Below, in pieces: positions 49,916-58,784 of a DNA stretch of 64,000 nucleotides. Each line of letters begins with the position of its first letter. Position 1 is the first letter of the stretch. The notes beneath the pieces were generated by a model, which saw only the letters and a list, made by a program, of their open reading frames with translations, did no database searches and had not been told where the DNA came from. Position numbers and translations under genes: made by a program. This DNA is from a virus, in the IMG/VR virus record IMGVR_UViG_3300020274_000001, positions 32,001 to 96,000 of that record; one strand, given 5' to 3'.

Positions 49916-50374
49916 ATGGTAAACATCTACACAGATGGTGCCTGTATCAACAATGGACTACCAGATGCCAAAGGAGGCATGGGTGTGTTCAGTCAAGAAA
50001 TGGACCTTGAGTTGTCCATACCGTGGGAGATGGAAGTCGAACCTACGAATCAAAGATGCGAAATGGGAGCAGTAGTATACGCTCTTATCGCAATCAAGAA
50101 GACTGAACCAAGTCAAGATACGGTTTTTCAGATTCTAAGTGATTCTGAATACGTTGTTAAAGGAATGAATGAATGGATGAAACAGTGGAAGAACCGTGGC
50201 TGGAAGACAGCCAAGGGAAAGGAAGTAAAAAACCGCTGGCTTTGGGAATTGCTTGATTCGCAATCCAAAGGACTCAACGTCATTTACAAACATGTTCGAG
50301 GACACTCTGGTGTTCTCGGCAACGAAAAAGCAGACTCGCTTGCGCTGTCTGCTGCTGAATCGTTAAAGTTGTGA
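49916..50374 (+). CDS. rnhA: Ribonuclease HI (second copy)
   Basis: IYTDGAC, TNQRCEM, SDSEY, HVRGHSG..GNEKAD. Confidence 0.92.
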   Translation: MVNIYTDGACINNGLPDAKGGMGVFSQEMDLELSIPWEMEVEPTNQRCEMGAVVYALIAIKKTEPSQDTVFQILSDSEYVVKGMNEWMKQWKNRGWKTAKGKEVKNRWLWELLDSQSKGLNVIYKHVRGHSGVLGNEKADSLALSAAESLKL

Positions 50375-50413
50375 AACTTTGTTTAACAATGATTAAGGGC
50401 TTAATGTCCATAG

Positions 50414-50752
50414 ATGGCTACAATGTCAGAAGATGTAGATGACAGTCTCGAGATGTATCGAGAGTTGGCACTACTCGCATCGCATGGTGTTGAAGAATAC
50501 CTTGCGGTGGTAGCAGAATTGCTTGATGCAAGCATACTGCTAAATGGATTGCCCTGCGAAATTTCGCAGAAGGCAGAGGCATGGGCTGAAGAAATATCAG
50601 TCGAAGTGTCTCAAAAAATGGAAGAACAAAATATCATCCCGCACTACTATATAGCGGCGTTGATAGAACAATTGCACAAAGTTGGAGTTATGTCTTTCAC
50701 GACAGGTTTCAATCAAATGGCTTGTCGTAAATTTCAGGAGGCTTACTCTTGA
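50414..50752 (+). CDS. Hypothetical protein
   Basis: ATAG-ATG. Confidence 0.6.
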   Translation: MATMSEDVDDSLEMYRELALLASHGVEEYLAVVAELLDASILLNGLPCEISQKAEAWAEEISVEVSQKMEEQNIIPHYYIAALIEQLHKVGVMSFTTGFNQMACRKFQEAYS

Positions 50753-51090
50753 TTGAAGACTATGAAAATGTAACAGATGAAGAGTTGAAACTTCTTCTCG
50801 ATAGAATTTCCGAATTCGCATTTGACTTTATGTCTAACAAAATAGAGCAATTTGGTGGTCTTACACAGGAGTATTCTCATGAGGATGGCTCTAAGACCGT
50901 TGTTGTTGTTCCAAAAGGGAATGAGGATGTATGCGTAGAGTGGACGGAATGTCCACATGGCAGGGTTGAAGTATTTCACATAACCCCTGTCGGTCTCGAA
51001 ATACCAAGACTCATAATCCCCGCTCCGACAATGATACAGGAACACATCAGTATACCTATTGATGCGTTCACTATGAAATTGGAAGAGTAG
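50749..51090 (+). CDS. Hypothetical protein
   Basis: Overlapping start. Confidence 0.5.
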   Translation: MIEDYENVTDEELKLLLDRISEFAFDFMSNKIEQFGGLTQEYSHEDGSKTVVVVPKGNEDVCVEWTECPHGRVEVFHITPVGLEIPRLIIPAPTMIQEHISIPIDAFTMKLEE

Positions 51091-51108
51091 CGGCCCTGTG
51101 GGCCATAG

Positions 51109-51570
51109 ATGGCAGACGACATCAAAAGCACCGACAGCGACTTGTCCGGCATTAAGTTCGGACTTGACACATCGGGAAACACTCCTACGATTGTGGTAGA
51201 GGGTGTTCGAAATATCGGTTTGAAACAACCGGTGACCCAAGAAAGGTTCAATGAACTCATCGAAACAATGGGAGACAAAATGACAAGCATACTATCTATT
51301 GTTGAAGATGCTTGTAGAAGTCTACGTGACTTAATGAATGAAATGTCTGATGATGAGAAACTCATTGCAACTTACTTGATTGAACATACTACGTGGCAAT
51401 ATGCTGTCGCTTCAGACACGCCACTGTTTATGTTTAATCCTCGACATCTACCAGATGAAGTAGTAGTTGATAACAAATCAAATACAGTAGAAGGGGCCTT
51501 TACTAAGAAAAAAGGCGGCTTCGTTTCTGTCCGAAAGGGCGGAAAGAAATATTGGGAAAAGAAAAAATGA
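51109..51570 (+). CDS. Hypothetical protein
   Basis: ATAG-ATG. Confidence 0.65.
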   Translation: MADDIKSTDSDLSGIKFGLDTSGNTPTIVVEGVRNIGLKQPVTQERFNELIETMGDKMTSILSIVEDACRSLRDLMNEMSDDEKLIATYLIEHTTWQYAVASDTPLFMFNPRHLPDEVVVDNKSNTVEGAFTKKKGGFVSVRKGGKKYWEKKK

Positions 51571-51588
51571 AACGGCCTTATGGCCATA

Positions 51589-51632
51589 GAACCGAACCAG
51601 AGAAAATGAATCACAATCAAAGTGAACGGTTC
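51589..51632 (+). ncRNA. TIGR-like guide unit
   Basis: GAGAAAAT/ATCAAAGT. Confidence 0.85.
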
Positions 51633-51636
51633 ACAG

Positions 51637-51813
51637 ATGGTCACAGACCCCAAAAAAGGACAATGCCCGACATGCGGGCGTTTAACGCTGATATATATTG
51701 ACAGCGAAGTGCACACAGAATGGTGCGAAAAATGCGGGTGGGAACACACCGTCAGTTGGAATGAATTAAGCCCCGACTGGTGGCACAAACAATCAAACAA
51801 ACCGAGCGAGTAA
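51637..51813 (+). CDS. Small Zn-ribbon protein
   Basis: CPTC..CEKC. Confidence 0.6.
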   Translation: MVTDPKKGQCPTCGRLTLIYIDSEVHTEWCEKCGWEHTVSWNELSPDWWHKQSNKPSE

Positions 51814-51821
51814 GGCTCATA

Positions 51822-51865
51822 GAACCGAATCATAACTCGGGAATTACAAATCACCTGTATGGTTC
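51822..51865 (+). ncRNA. TIGR-like guide unit
   Basis: TAACTCGG/AATCACCT. Confidence 0.85.
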
Positions 51866-51869
51866 ACAG

Positions 51870-52196
51870 ATGGATGACAATGAAGACATCATCAGAATTG
51901 CCTCAATGTGGTATCCCTTTGTGGGGGACATAAAGGCAAGACTCGCTATTGGCTTGGAAACATACGGCCATGGCGTGCGTGTCGAAGATGACACAACTCA
52001 ATGGGGCACAGAGGTAAACTCTTGGCTCGAAATGGGATTAGAGGAAATCGATGACTTGGCAATCTATGTCATGGCACAACTCCTCCGAGAAAAAAAGAAA
52101 AACTACGACAACTTGAATGAATTCGCTGGTATACTCAAAGAATTGAGAGACACCAGAAGAAGAATCATGGAAGTCATGTTAAGAGAAGACGCTTGA
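51870..52196 (+). CDS. Hypothetical protein (dimeric all-alpha NTP-PPase-like)
   Basis: G...YG...W..M..EE..D..IY. Confidence 0.55.
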   Translation: MDDNEDIIRIASMWYPFVGDIKARLAIGLETYGHGVRVEDDTTQWGTEVNSWLEMGLEEIDDLAIYVMAQLLREKKKNYDNLNEFAGILKELRDTRRRIMEVMLREDA

Positions 52197-52204
52197 GCGT
52201 CATA

Positions 52205-52250
52205 GAATCAAATCAAAAAGTCGGTATTTTAGACACCACGAGTATGATTC
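52205..52250 (+). ncRNA. TIGR-like guide unit (covariant stem GAATC/GATTC)
   Basis: AAAAGTCG/GACACCACGA. Confidence 0.75.
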
Positions 52251-52288
52251 ACAGTAATCTATAAATTATACATAGTATACGCTATACT

Positions 52289-52498
52289 ATGTCGAGGGTC
52301 GCTAATTGTGCCGTGAGAATCATGGAGCAACACAGTGGCCCGCTTTCTATTTACGAAATACACGCAAGAATGAAAGAGCAAATGAGGAATGTCCCAAAAG
52401 TAGGAGTCCTTGCTCGCAAACTTGGCGGTTGTGACGATATCAGAAGAGTAGGTTACGGTCAGCCATCTATGTGGGTATTGAAGCCGTCACGCTCATAA
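52289..52498 (+). CDS. Small winged-helix (DUF3860-like) protein
   Basis: GPLSIYEI....RNVP....L...L....I. Confidence 0.55.
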   Translation: MSRVANCAVRIMEQHSGPLSIYEIHARMKEQMRNVPKVGVLARKLGGCDDIRRVGYGQPSMWVLKPSRS

Positions 52499-52524
52499 AG
52501 CAGTGACCTTCGGATGCCAATTAG

Positions 52525-52776
52525 ATGGCCCAGATGAATGCCAAGATTAAGGCAATTCCAGAAAGTTCTACGAGAACAGAAAAGGAAATTAAGGACATGC
52601 TTAGACAGGCTGTTCTCACTCGTAACAATTGGCTTGAAGCGTTTGAAAGTTGCAAACAGTTTCAAGACCGACACGGCATGATGGATGCCGCGAGGAACGC
52701 TAAAGCACTTGAAGGCGTTATCAAAACTTTACGTTGGACCCTTGGAGAAAGGGGTATCAACAATCCGCTCTCATGA
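52525..52776 (+). CDS. Hypothetical protein
   Basis: RN.KALEGVIKTLRWTLG. Confidence 0.6.
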   Translation: MAQMNAKIKAIPESSTRTEKEIKDMLRQAVLTRNNWLEAFESCKQFQDRHGMMDAARNAKALEGVIKTLRWTLGERGINNPLS

Positions 52777-52785
52777 AAGAGCATA

Positions 52786-52829
52786 GAACCAAACTAATTC
52801 ACTCGTATTACAAAAGATGCGAATGGTTC
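52786..52829 (+). ncRNA. TIGR-like guide unit
   Basis: ATTCACTC/AAAGATGC. Confidence 0.8.
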
Positions 52830-52833
52830 ACAG

Positions 52834-53121
52834 ATGAACATTGAGAACATCAATGAACTGCAAGAGCAATACGGCCTTGCAGAATGGCAACGGATGATTA
52901 ATGACGGAAGTTGCTGGACCCTTGAGGGTTGGTATGGTAGAAGAGCAGTGGCATTACTCGAGATGGGTGCCTGCTATTTGCCAGAAGAACCACATCACGA
53001 TTACTACGGTAACCAAGTGCCAGCGAGGCACATGCTACAAGCGGGAACAAAAGGAACGCTTGAATTGAGTCAGACCTTCTGGTCTGACGAAAGCAATTAC
53101 GGATTGTTTGAGGAAGAATAA
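52834..53121 (+). CDS. Hypothetical phage-type protein
   Basis: WQ.MI..G..W.LEGWYGR.A. Confidence 0.65.
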   Translation: MNIENINELQEQYGLAEWQRMINDGSCWTLEGWYGRRAVALLEMGACYLPEEPHHDYYGNQVPARHMLQAGTKGTLELSQTFWSDESNYGLFEEE

Positions 53122-53288
53122 GGTCATATTGACCATAGATGCCTAATTCACAAAAAGGTAGAGAGGCCATACTGGGCCTTAATAATTTGAGAGAGAACAA
53201 TAGACTACTCCGAATTCAAAATAGAATGATACAGACTCTTATTGACGAGATTAGAGATATCAGAAGAAGAGGCTTGTGATGCCTCATA

Positions 53289-53330
53289 GAGCAAAACACA
53301 GGGCATGAATTGCAGGGGAACGGTATGCTC
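53289..53330 (+). ncRNA. TIGR-like guide unit
   Basis: CAGGGCAT/GGGGAACG. Confidence 0.85.
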
Positions 53331-53334
53331 ACAG

Positions 53335-53703
53335 ATGGAAGTATCATTTGATACAGATTACGGCCTACAATGGTTTAGAGCCGAAGCGTCTGCTCTCTCT
53401 TACGAGAAGCGACGACATCTATACGACAAAATCTCTCGATGGGAGTATATGGCCAAGAACGGTCCTCAAGGTTGGGCTCACGCCCAAGGCGAGGCCGCAA
53501 GAGAGTTGAGCCGTCGTCCTTTAACGGGACACATGAGAGAATTGTTAATTGAAATCAAAGGAATAGCATGGGTCGAAGAAACCGACTATGCGCACCTAAG
53601 AAAAAAACAAAAGGAAGAAAGAGAAAGGTTAGAACGCAAACAGAAACAGGAAGCCTACTTCGCTAAACTTGATTCTGCGCTTGACGACCTTTTGAAAGAG
53701 TAA
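53335..53703 (+). CDS. Hypothetical protein
   Basis: ACAG-ATG. Confidence 0.6.
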   Translation: MEVSFDTDYGLQWFRAEASALSYEKRRHLYDKISRWEYMAKNGPQGWAHAQGEAARELSRRPLTGHMRELLIEIKGIAWVEETDYAHLRKKQKEERERLERKQKQEAYFAKLDSALDDLLKE

Positions 53704-53721
53704 GGAGGAATACCTCCATAG

Positions 53722-54303
53722 ATGGTGAAAAACACCTTCAAAATTGTGGCTGTCGTCAAAGAGGAAAACAAGCAATTGATTTGGGACCTCTTACAAATTG
53801 CACTAAAGCATGACGACATCTATTTTGCATTTGAGGAAGGCAAGCCCTCCGAAATAATGCATAAACCAGCCGACATCAAAAAACTGTCGAAAAAGAAGAA
53901 GAAACCGGAGAAACCTACTCTATCAAGAAAGGAAGTATCCAAGTTGACCAAAGAAAGCATGAAGAAACTCAAAGCAGAGAAACGTGTTTTCACTGGAGCA
54001 GTATTCGGTTGGGATAATCAAAAAGATGGCACAATGAAGCCAAACTGGAAAGAACAAGAAACCATAGACATGATGCGATACTTTTACTACGAAAAGAAGC
54101 AATCATTCTCTTTTATTGCGAAGTGGCTCAATGCCAACGACGTAAAGGGAAAGCGTGGTGGAAAGTGGCAAAGTTCGGGAGTATCAAGAGTCGTTCACAA
54201 CGACTTCCATGCTTCTCGAAATGACTTCAAGAAACCTAAGTGGTTTTTGAAGAAGACCTATCCAGAAATGACATGGGGTAAGAACCCAAAAATCGTCTCG
54301 TAA
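53722..54303 (+). CDS. Serine-recombinase DNA-binding domain protein (no catalytic domain)
   Basis: FGW...EQETI..M...S..FIAKWLN...KRGGKW....V. Confidence 0.7.
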   Translation: MVKNTFKIVAVVKEENKQLIWDLLQIALKHDDIYFAFEEGKPSEIMHKPADIKKLSKKKKKPEKPTLSRKEVSKLTKESMKKLKAEKRVFTGAVFGWDNQKDGTMKPNWKEQETIDMMRYFYYEKKQSFSFIAKWLNANDVKGKRGGKWQSSGVSRVVHNDFHASRNDFKKPKWFLKKTYPEMTWGKNPKIVS

Positions 54304-54311
54304 GGGACATA

Positions 54312-54402
54312 GAGCAAAACAAGTCGTGGGTATTGCACATATTCCATGTATGCTCATAGAACTGAATCAATAAGGTTGTATTGCAATTGGCCAAAAAGGT
54401 TC
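54312..54402 (+). ncRNA. TIGR-like guides, 2 units
   Basis: AGTCGTGG/CATATTCCAT; ATAAGGTT/ATTGGCCA. Confidence 0.8.
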
Positions 54403-54406
54403 ACAG

Positions 54407-54634
54407 ATGGATGTTAAAGAACTACATCAATATGTCTCGCAACTGCGAGAATACATTGTGACGCTTGAGCGTCGCATTGCTACACTTGAAAAACAAGTGA
54501 ATCCGCCACAGACCAAGGACCTTGGTAACGGGCGGAGAACGTTCACACGTTCAGGTATCAACAACCTGCTCGACGGAATGATTGGGAGGCACCGAAAGGA
54601 CCCCGTCACCGGAGAGTGGCACAAAGTGAATTAG
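54407..54634 (+). CDS. Hypothetical coiled-coil protein
   Basis: ACAG-ATG. Confidence 0.6.
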   Translation: MDVKELHQYVSQLREYIVTLERRIATLEKQVNPPQTKDLGNGRRTFTRSGINNLLDGMIGRHRKDPVTGEWHKVN

Positions 54635-54648
54635 GCCAATAGGCCATA

Positions 54649-54692
54649 GAACCTAAACACAAGAAGGGAATTACATGAGCCCCGAATGGTTC
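54649..54692 (+). ncRNA. TIGR-like guide unit
   Basis: CAAGAAGG/TGAGCCCC. Confidence 0.85.
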
Positions 54693-54696
54693 ACAG

Positions 54697-55212
54697 ATGT
54701 CTGTAAAAGAATACGTGCAGATACGTGCTGACCAATACAAACAGCATGACAACGTCTGGGGGGATTTACCCCGAGATGCGCCAATTAGATTGGCTGATAT
54801 CTTTGAATGGATATTACAGAATGGACAAACCTTTAGCGGGACCAATATGGATGCCGCTGATGAAATTGTCGAGCATTCTTTTCGTGCACCAGAAATAAAG
54901 GCGTGCTACCATAATGCGTTTTTAGTCCCCCCAGAAGTAAGATACTTCGAGGGATGGTGGGCAGGAATTATTCCTGTCGAACATGCGTGGAATGTCGTAG
55001 ACGACAAAGTCGCTGATGTAACGCTCACTATTGAGCAACATCGTGAACGAGCGTTGAGAGACAGACAAGAATACTTTGGAATTGAAATTCCAAGGGATTG
55101 GATGTGGAAGCAAGTAAGTAAAGGAACACACTTTAGGCCAGAAGGCTCGAGTGGTCCTTTCATCTACGACTACGTTATGGAGCAAATCGCAAAAGAACGA
55201 GAAGAGGAATAA
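54697..55212 (+). CDS. Hypothetical protein (transglutaminase-like Cys-His-Asp)
   Basis: CYHNA..Y.EG...EHAWNV....DVT. Confidence 0.65.
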   Translation: MSVKEYVQIRADQYKQHDNVWGDLPRDAPIRLADIFEWILQNGQTFSGTNMDAADEIVEHSFRAPEIKACYHNAFLVPPEVRYFEGWWAGIIPVEHAWNVVDDKVADVTLTIEQHRERALRDRQEYFGIEIPRDWMWKQVSKGTHFRPEGSSGPFIYDYVMEQIAKEREEE

Positions 55213-55221
55213 TTCCTCATA

Positions 55222-55310
55222 GAGCAAAACATGATACCAGCATTACAGCCAATCCGAATGCTCATAGAACCGAATCAAGTTTCACGTATGGCAAGTTCGT
55301 CGTATGGTTC
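55222..55310 (+). ncRNA. TIGR-like guides, 2 units
   Basis: TGATACCA/GCCAATCC; AGTTTCAC/AGTTCGTC. Confidence 0.85.
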
Positions 55311-55314
55311 ACAG

Positions 55315-55731
55315 ATGGCATTAACATGTCCAGATTGCGGTCAAGAGACCGCTTATGTGCGTGTCGGCATTTACGTCGACCCACATGACACAAGTGTCGA
55401 GGCCCTGTCTGAACAGGTCAGCGACATCATAGGCACAGGACCGGAAGACTTCGACGACGAACTTCCTACGGTCTGTGCAGAGTGCGAATGCCAAGTCCCA
55501 TACAGACTTGCATTTGCCGCCACTGTAAGAAAGCAGGCTCACAAGAATGACGAAGAAGCGGCAATGGCTTACCGTCATGCGCTTGCTGGAGTTGTCCATT
55601 TCTTTGGACGCCTACCAATCGCCGAAAATGAGGCTTGGACAGAGGACCAGCATGAAGCCTATGAAGCAACACACCGTTTGTTCGCTGTTCTTGATGAACC
55701 CGAACAAGACGAAACCTCGGAAGAGGAATGA
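55315..55731 (+). CDS. Zn-ribbon hypothetical protein
   Basis: CPDC..CAEC. Confidence 0.6.
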   Translation: MALTCPDCGQETAYVRVGIYVDPHDTSVEALSEQVSDIIGTGPEDFDDELPTVCAECECQVPYRLAFAATVRKQAHKNDEEAAMAYRHALAGVVHFFGRLPIAENEAWTEDQHEAYEATHRLFAVLDEPEQDETSEEE

Positions 55732-55932
55732 CGGCCTTACGGCCATAGATGGCATGGAAAGATGACATTTGGAGATTGGCTAATCAGTTAAATCTCGAGT
55801 ATAAGCGTGATATGTGGTCTCCCGTTCACGCTTTTAATGCAATCGTAGCAGAACTTGAACGTCTTCGTGATGAAGACCTTTCAGACTGTTACATTACACC
55901 CGATAGTTAATCGGTCGGCCCTGCGGCCATAG

Positions 55933-56574
55933 ATGAAGACAAACATCAACATCCAACTCGAAGGCGAAGAAGCCCTCGAGGTTATACGGGCTTTGCTTGG
56001 AAACCCAAGTAAGTCTGTCAAGGTAGAAGTTCTACCAGACGATACACAAACGACAGAAAGTCGTAAAATGACAGAAGAACCAGACAACACTCGACATTGC
56101 ACAAGATGTGGAGTGAAATTAGAATCTTCTGTAAATATCAAAACAGGTAGATTTATTCGAAGAGAATTTGTCTGCAATGGTTGTTATTCTGGAAGCAGAA
56201 AGGGCAAGAAGGTGAACCGAACAGGTTCCAATCACTGTCGTAAATGCGGAGTAGAATTGACAACAGATAATTGGCAGAGTAAACGAAGTTATATCTGCAC
56301 ATCTTGTAAAGTCAAAAAATCGGATGACCACGTTACTATCACGGCTGAACAGCGAACCCAGTGGGCTCGTGAACGTCGTGAAATCATAGGCGGCAAAATC
56401 ACACAAGTAGGAACCTTCCAAGGTGCGCTCATCGTAGAGCATATCCGAGGAACACACTACAAGATACAACTCCCAAGCGGAGCAGTGATTGACGCCAAGC
56501 ACAAGAAGCAGAAGACCCTTGGTGGGGACGAACTCGGTGCTGGTTGGAGTAAGTGGGAGAAACGGTCTGGATAG
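55933..56574 (+). CDS. Double Zn-finger protein
   Basis: CTRC..CNGC, CRKC..CTSC. Confidence 0.65.
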   Translation: MKTNINIQLEGEEALEVIRALLGNPSKSVKVEVLPDDTQTTESRKMTEEPDNTRHCTRCGVKLESSVNIKTGRFIRREFVCNGCYSGSRKGKKVNRTGSNHCRKCGVELTTDNWQSKRSYICTSCKVKKSDDHVTITAEQRTQWARERREIIGGKITQVGTFQGALIVEHIRGTHYKIQLPSGAVIDAKHKKQKTLGGDELGAGWSKWEKRSG

Positions 56575-56580
56575 ACCATA

Positions 56581-56668
56581 GAGCAAACAAGCCATCCGAA
56601 ATATACAAAATGTGAAGGCTCATAGAACCCAATCAAGTGATTTGAAATACAGGAAATTTGAATGGTTC
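56581..56668 (+). ncRNA. TIGR-like guides, 2 units
   Basis: AGCCATCC/CAAAATGT; AGTGATTT/GGAAATTT. Confidence 0.85.
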
Positions 56669-56673
56669 ACAGA

Positions 56674-57333
56674 ATGCCTAATTGGGCTTACAACAATATG
56701 ACCGTTGAGTCAGACGGAAGCGAAACAGGTGATGAACAATTGCGCTGTTTCGTTAATGTCGCTATCACTGAAGATAGCGAATTGACTTTTAGCGGTCACT
56801 TACCTATGCCGAAAGAACTCGACATAGGCAATGCTCCCTTTGCTGGAATAAAGGATGATGAATCTCTGCTCGAGGCGTTAGCCAAGATAGAGAATCCAGA
56901 AACGCCGGAGTTTACAAAGGGGAACTTACTAAAACAAATCAAGATGTATCAGAACAAGAAAGAATTCGGATACTCTTCTTGGTATGACTGGAACTGTGCC
57001 AAGTGGGGGACAAAGTGGGATGCTTCGCAATCCAATGTCTCCTCTTTCGGAAATAGTGTTCAAATCAGTTTCAATACTGCTTGGGACCTACCGAGAGGTT
57101 GGCTTTTTCATATAATGAACTTAGCAGAATGCTCACACCTGCGAATACGCCTTGTGTGTGAAGCAGAAGGTGAAGCAGTTATACTGGACTCCAATGGAAA
57201 GGAAGTCCCGTATGAAGAAAATGTAGACGGACAATGGTTTCACCATGCCGAATATGTTGAGAAAGAGCCTAATGGTAAAATCAGTCATTACAATAAAACC
57301 GCCGAACAACGGTGGAAAGACGGAGAATTTTAA
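56674..57333 (+). CDS. YubB/DUF1281-like protein
   Basis: MPNW..N, WYDWN..KWGTKWD, F.TAW. Confidence 0.8.
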   Translation: MPNWAYNNMTVESDGSETGDEQLRCFVNVAITEDSELTFSGHLPMPKELDIGNAPFAGIKDDESLLEALAKIENPETPEFTKGNLLKQIKMYQNKKEFGYSSWYDWNCAKWGTKWDASQSNVSSFGNSVQISFNTAWDLPRGWLFHIMNLAECSHLRIRLVCEAEGEAVILDSNGKEVPYEENVDGQWFHHAEYVEKEPNGKISHYNKTAEQRWKDGEF

Positions 57334-57341
57334 TCTCCATA

Positions 57342-57430
57342 GAGCGAATCATTCAGCCTGTATTGCACAGCCTAAGAACGCTCATAGAACCGAACCATCA
57401 TTGAGGAATTACAAAACACCAGAATGGTTC
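57342..57430 (+). ncRNA. TIGR-like guides, 2 units
   Basis: TTCAGCCT/CAGCCTAA; TCATTGAG/AAACACCA. Confidence 0.85.
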
Positions 57431-57434
57431 ACAG

Positions 57435-57815
57435 ATGTCAGAAATTATTCATGACAGCCACGTTGAGTTAGAGAGTCTATCTCGACGATACATTGAGGAG
57501 CAAAGAGCCCTCAAGCAAGCGAAGGATTCAGTAGAATCCATCAAAAAGGATATACAGAAAATCCTTGGGAGTTCACGTTTTGTGGAAACCCAGCACTTCA
57601 CCGTAGAGGTGAAGGAAGTGGAACAGAAGAGAATGATGAGTAAAGACGATTTTATTCGCAAACATTCTCCACCAATGAAGGATTCACAAGGCAACGTCAT
57701 GCTGAATCCAGACAACGAACCAATCCTTGACACTGCTGTTGGAGCGAAATTCTACAACGAACATCTTGTAGAGCGTCCTTCCAACAGATTCTATGTGAAG
57801 AAAAAACCGGTCTGA
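57435..57815 (+). CDS. Hypothetical protein, paralog of 58785
   Basis: Coiled coil then G..ET..FT motif. Confidence 0.6.
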   Translation: MSEIIHDSHVELESLSRRYIEEQRALKQAKDSVESIKKDIQKILGSSRFVETQHFTVEVKEVEQKRMMSKDDFIRKHSPPMKDSQGNVMLNPDNEPILDTAVGAKFYNEHLVERPSNRFYVKKKPV

Positions 57816-57825
57816 AAGGACCATA

Positions 57826-57915
57826 GAGCAAAAACATCGTCTCTGAAATGCACAAGAAAGGAATGCTCATAGAACCAAATCAAGCATGCTGAATTGCAGG
57901 TGATTCGTAAGGTTC
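57826..57915 (+). ncRNA. TIGR-like guides, 2 units
   Basis: TCGTCTCT/CAAGAAAG; AGCATGCT/GGTGATTC. Confidence 0.85.
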
Positions 57916-57921
57916 ACAGAA

Positions 57922-58569
57922 ATGCGTTATTTCAAAAATTATGACGACGCTTGGAGTTATCTCCAAAGAGGTCGAAACATCGAGAAGGGGAGACCTATCG
58001 GTGCGCACACCAGAATTTACAAACGTAAAGATGGAACAATAGCAATCAGATATCACAGCACTGATATTGTTCGCTATTACAAGCATAAGAACGGAAAGCA
58101 ATGGATGTCATTTGACAACGAGGGATGGACCTCCACGACAACATTGCAAAGACTGCATTACGTCATGCCCAATGGCATAGGCGTCGATACGAGTCTAAAC
58201 CGATTCATAGGACAGTGGTTTACCAGATGTAACGGTGAATTATACAACCTAAACCATCACGTAAAATTCGATGAAAATCTTAACGTAAAAAACAAGAAAC
58301 AGATGTCTCTGAAAACGATGGACAATATCAGTGATGCTGGGACAAGAATAAGAAAATTGTTAGCATCATCATTGAGTTCAATTGAAAGAGATGTTTCAAA
58401 GAAGAGGCAAGAAAATGCCGAACTCTCCTACGAGAGAATTCAACTTCGTGGCGAAATAATGGCTTTCGAAGAAATGAGAGAAACACTTCGTGGAGAAGTA
58501 GGATACTTGTTGAAACTAAAGAAGGGCGACACCGATAATGGTGCAAAAGACGTCCTCAACAGGGTGTAA
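57922..58569 (+). CDS. Hypothetical phage-type protein
   Basis: IRYH.T.IV...GW...TT..RL. Confidence 0.65.
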   Translation: MRYFKNYDDAWSYLQRGRNIEKGRPIGAHTRIYKRKDGTIAIRYHSTDIVRYYKHKNGKQWMSFDNEGWTSTTTLQRLHYVMPNGIGVDTSLNRFIGQWFTRCNGELYNLNHHVKFDENLNVKNKKQMSLKTMDNISDAGTRIRKLLASSLSSIERDVSKKRQENAELSYERIQLRGEIMAFEEMRETLRGEVGYLLKLKKGDTDNGAKDVLNRV

Positions 58570-58577
58570 TGCCCATA

Positions 58578-58780
58578 GAGCGAAACATCGAACCCGAATT
58601 ACATTGAACCCGTAATTCGCTCATAGAGCGATAGGTCATAGGACTAAACCATAACAAAAGAAATACAAGAGGTCTGAAAAGTCCATAGAGCAAACAACAA
58701 CGAAGAACTGTATACAATTAGAATGCTCATAGAACCGAACCACACCAAATATGCCGAATTACAGGGTGGCAGAATGGTTC
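58578..58780 (+). ncRNA. TIGR-like guide array, 4 units
   Basis: TCGAACCC/TTGAACCC; TAACAAAA/AGAGGTCT; ACAACGAA/TACAATTA; AATATGCC/GGGTGGCA. Confidence 0.85.
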
Positions 58781-58784
58781 ACAG

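Noticed and set aside
30143-56673. ORF-track N-terminal extensions (MLIEPN..., ...GSQM, MVHRM; AAA start at 30143)
   Set aside because: They read through guide units or non-coding DNA; the likely starts are the ATGs after the NYAG signal.
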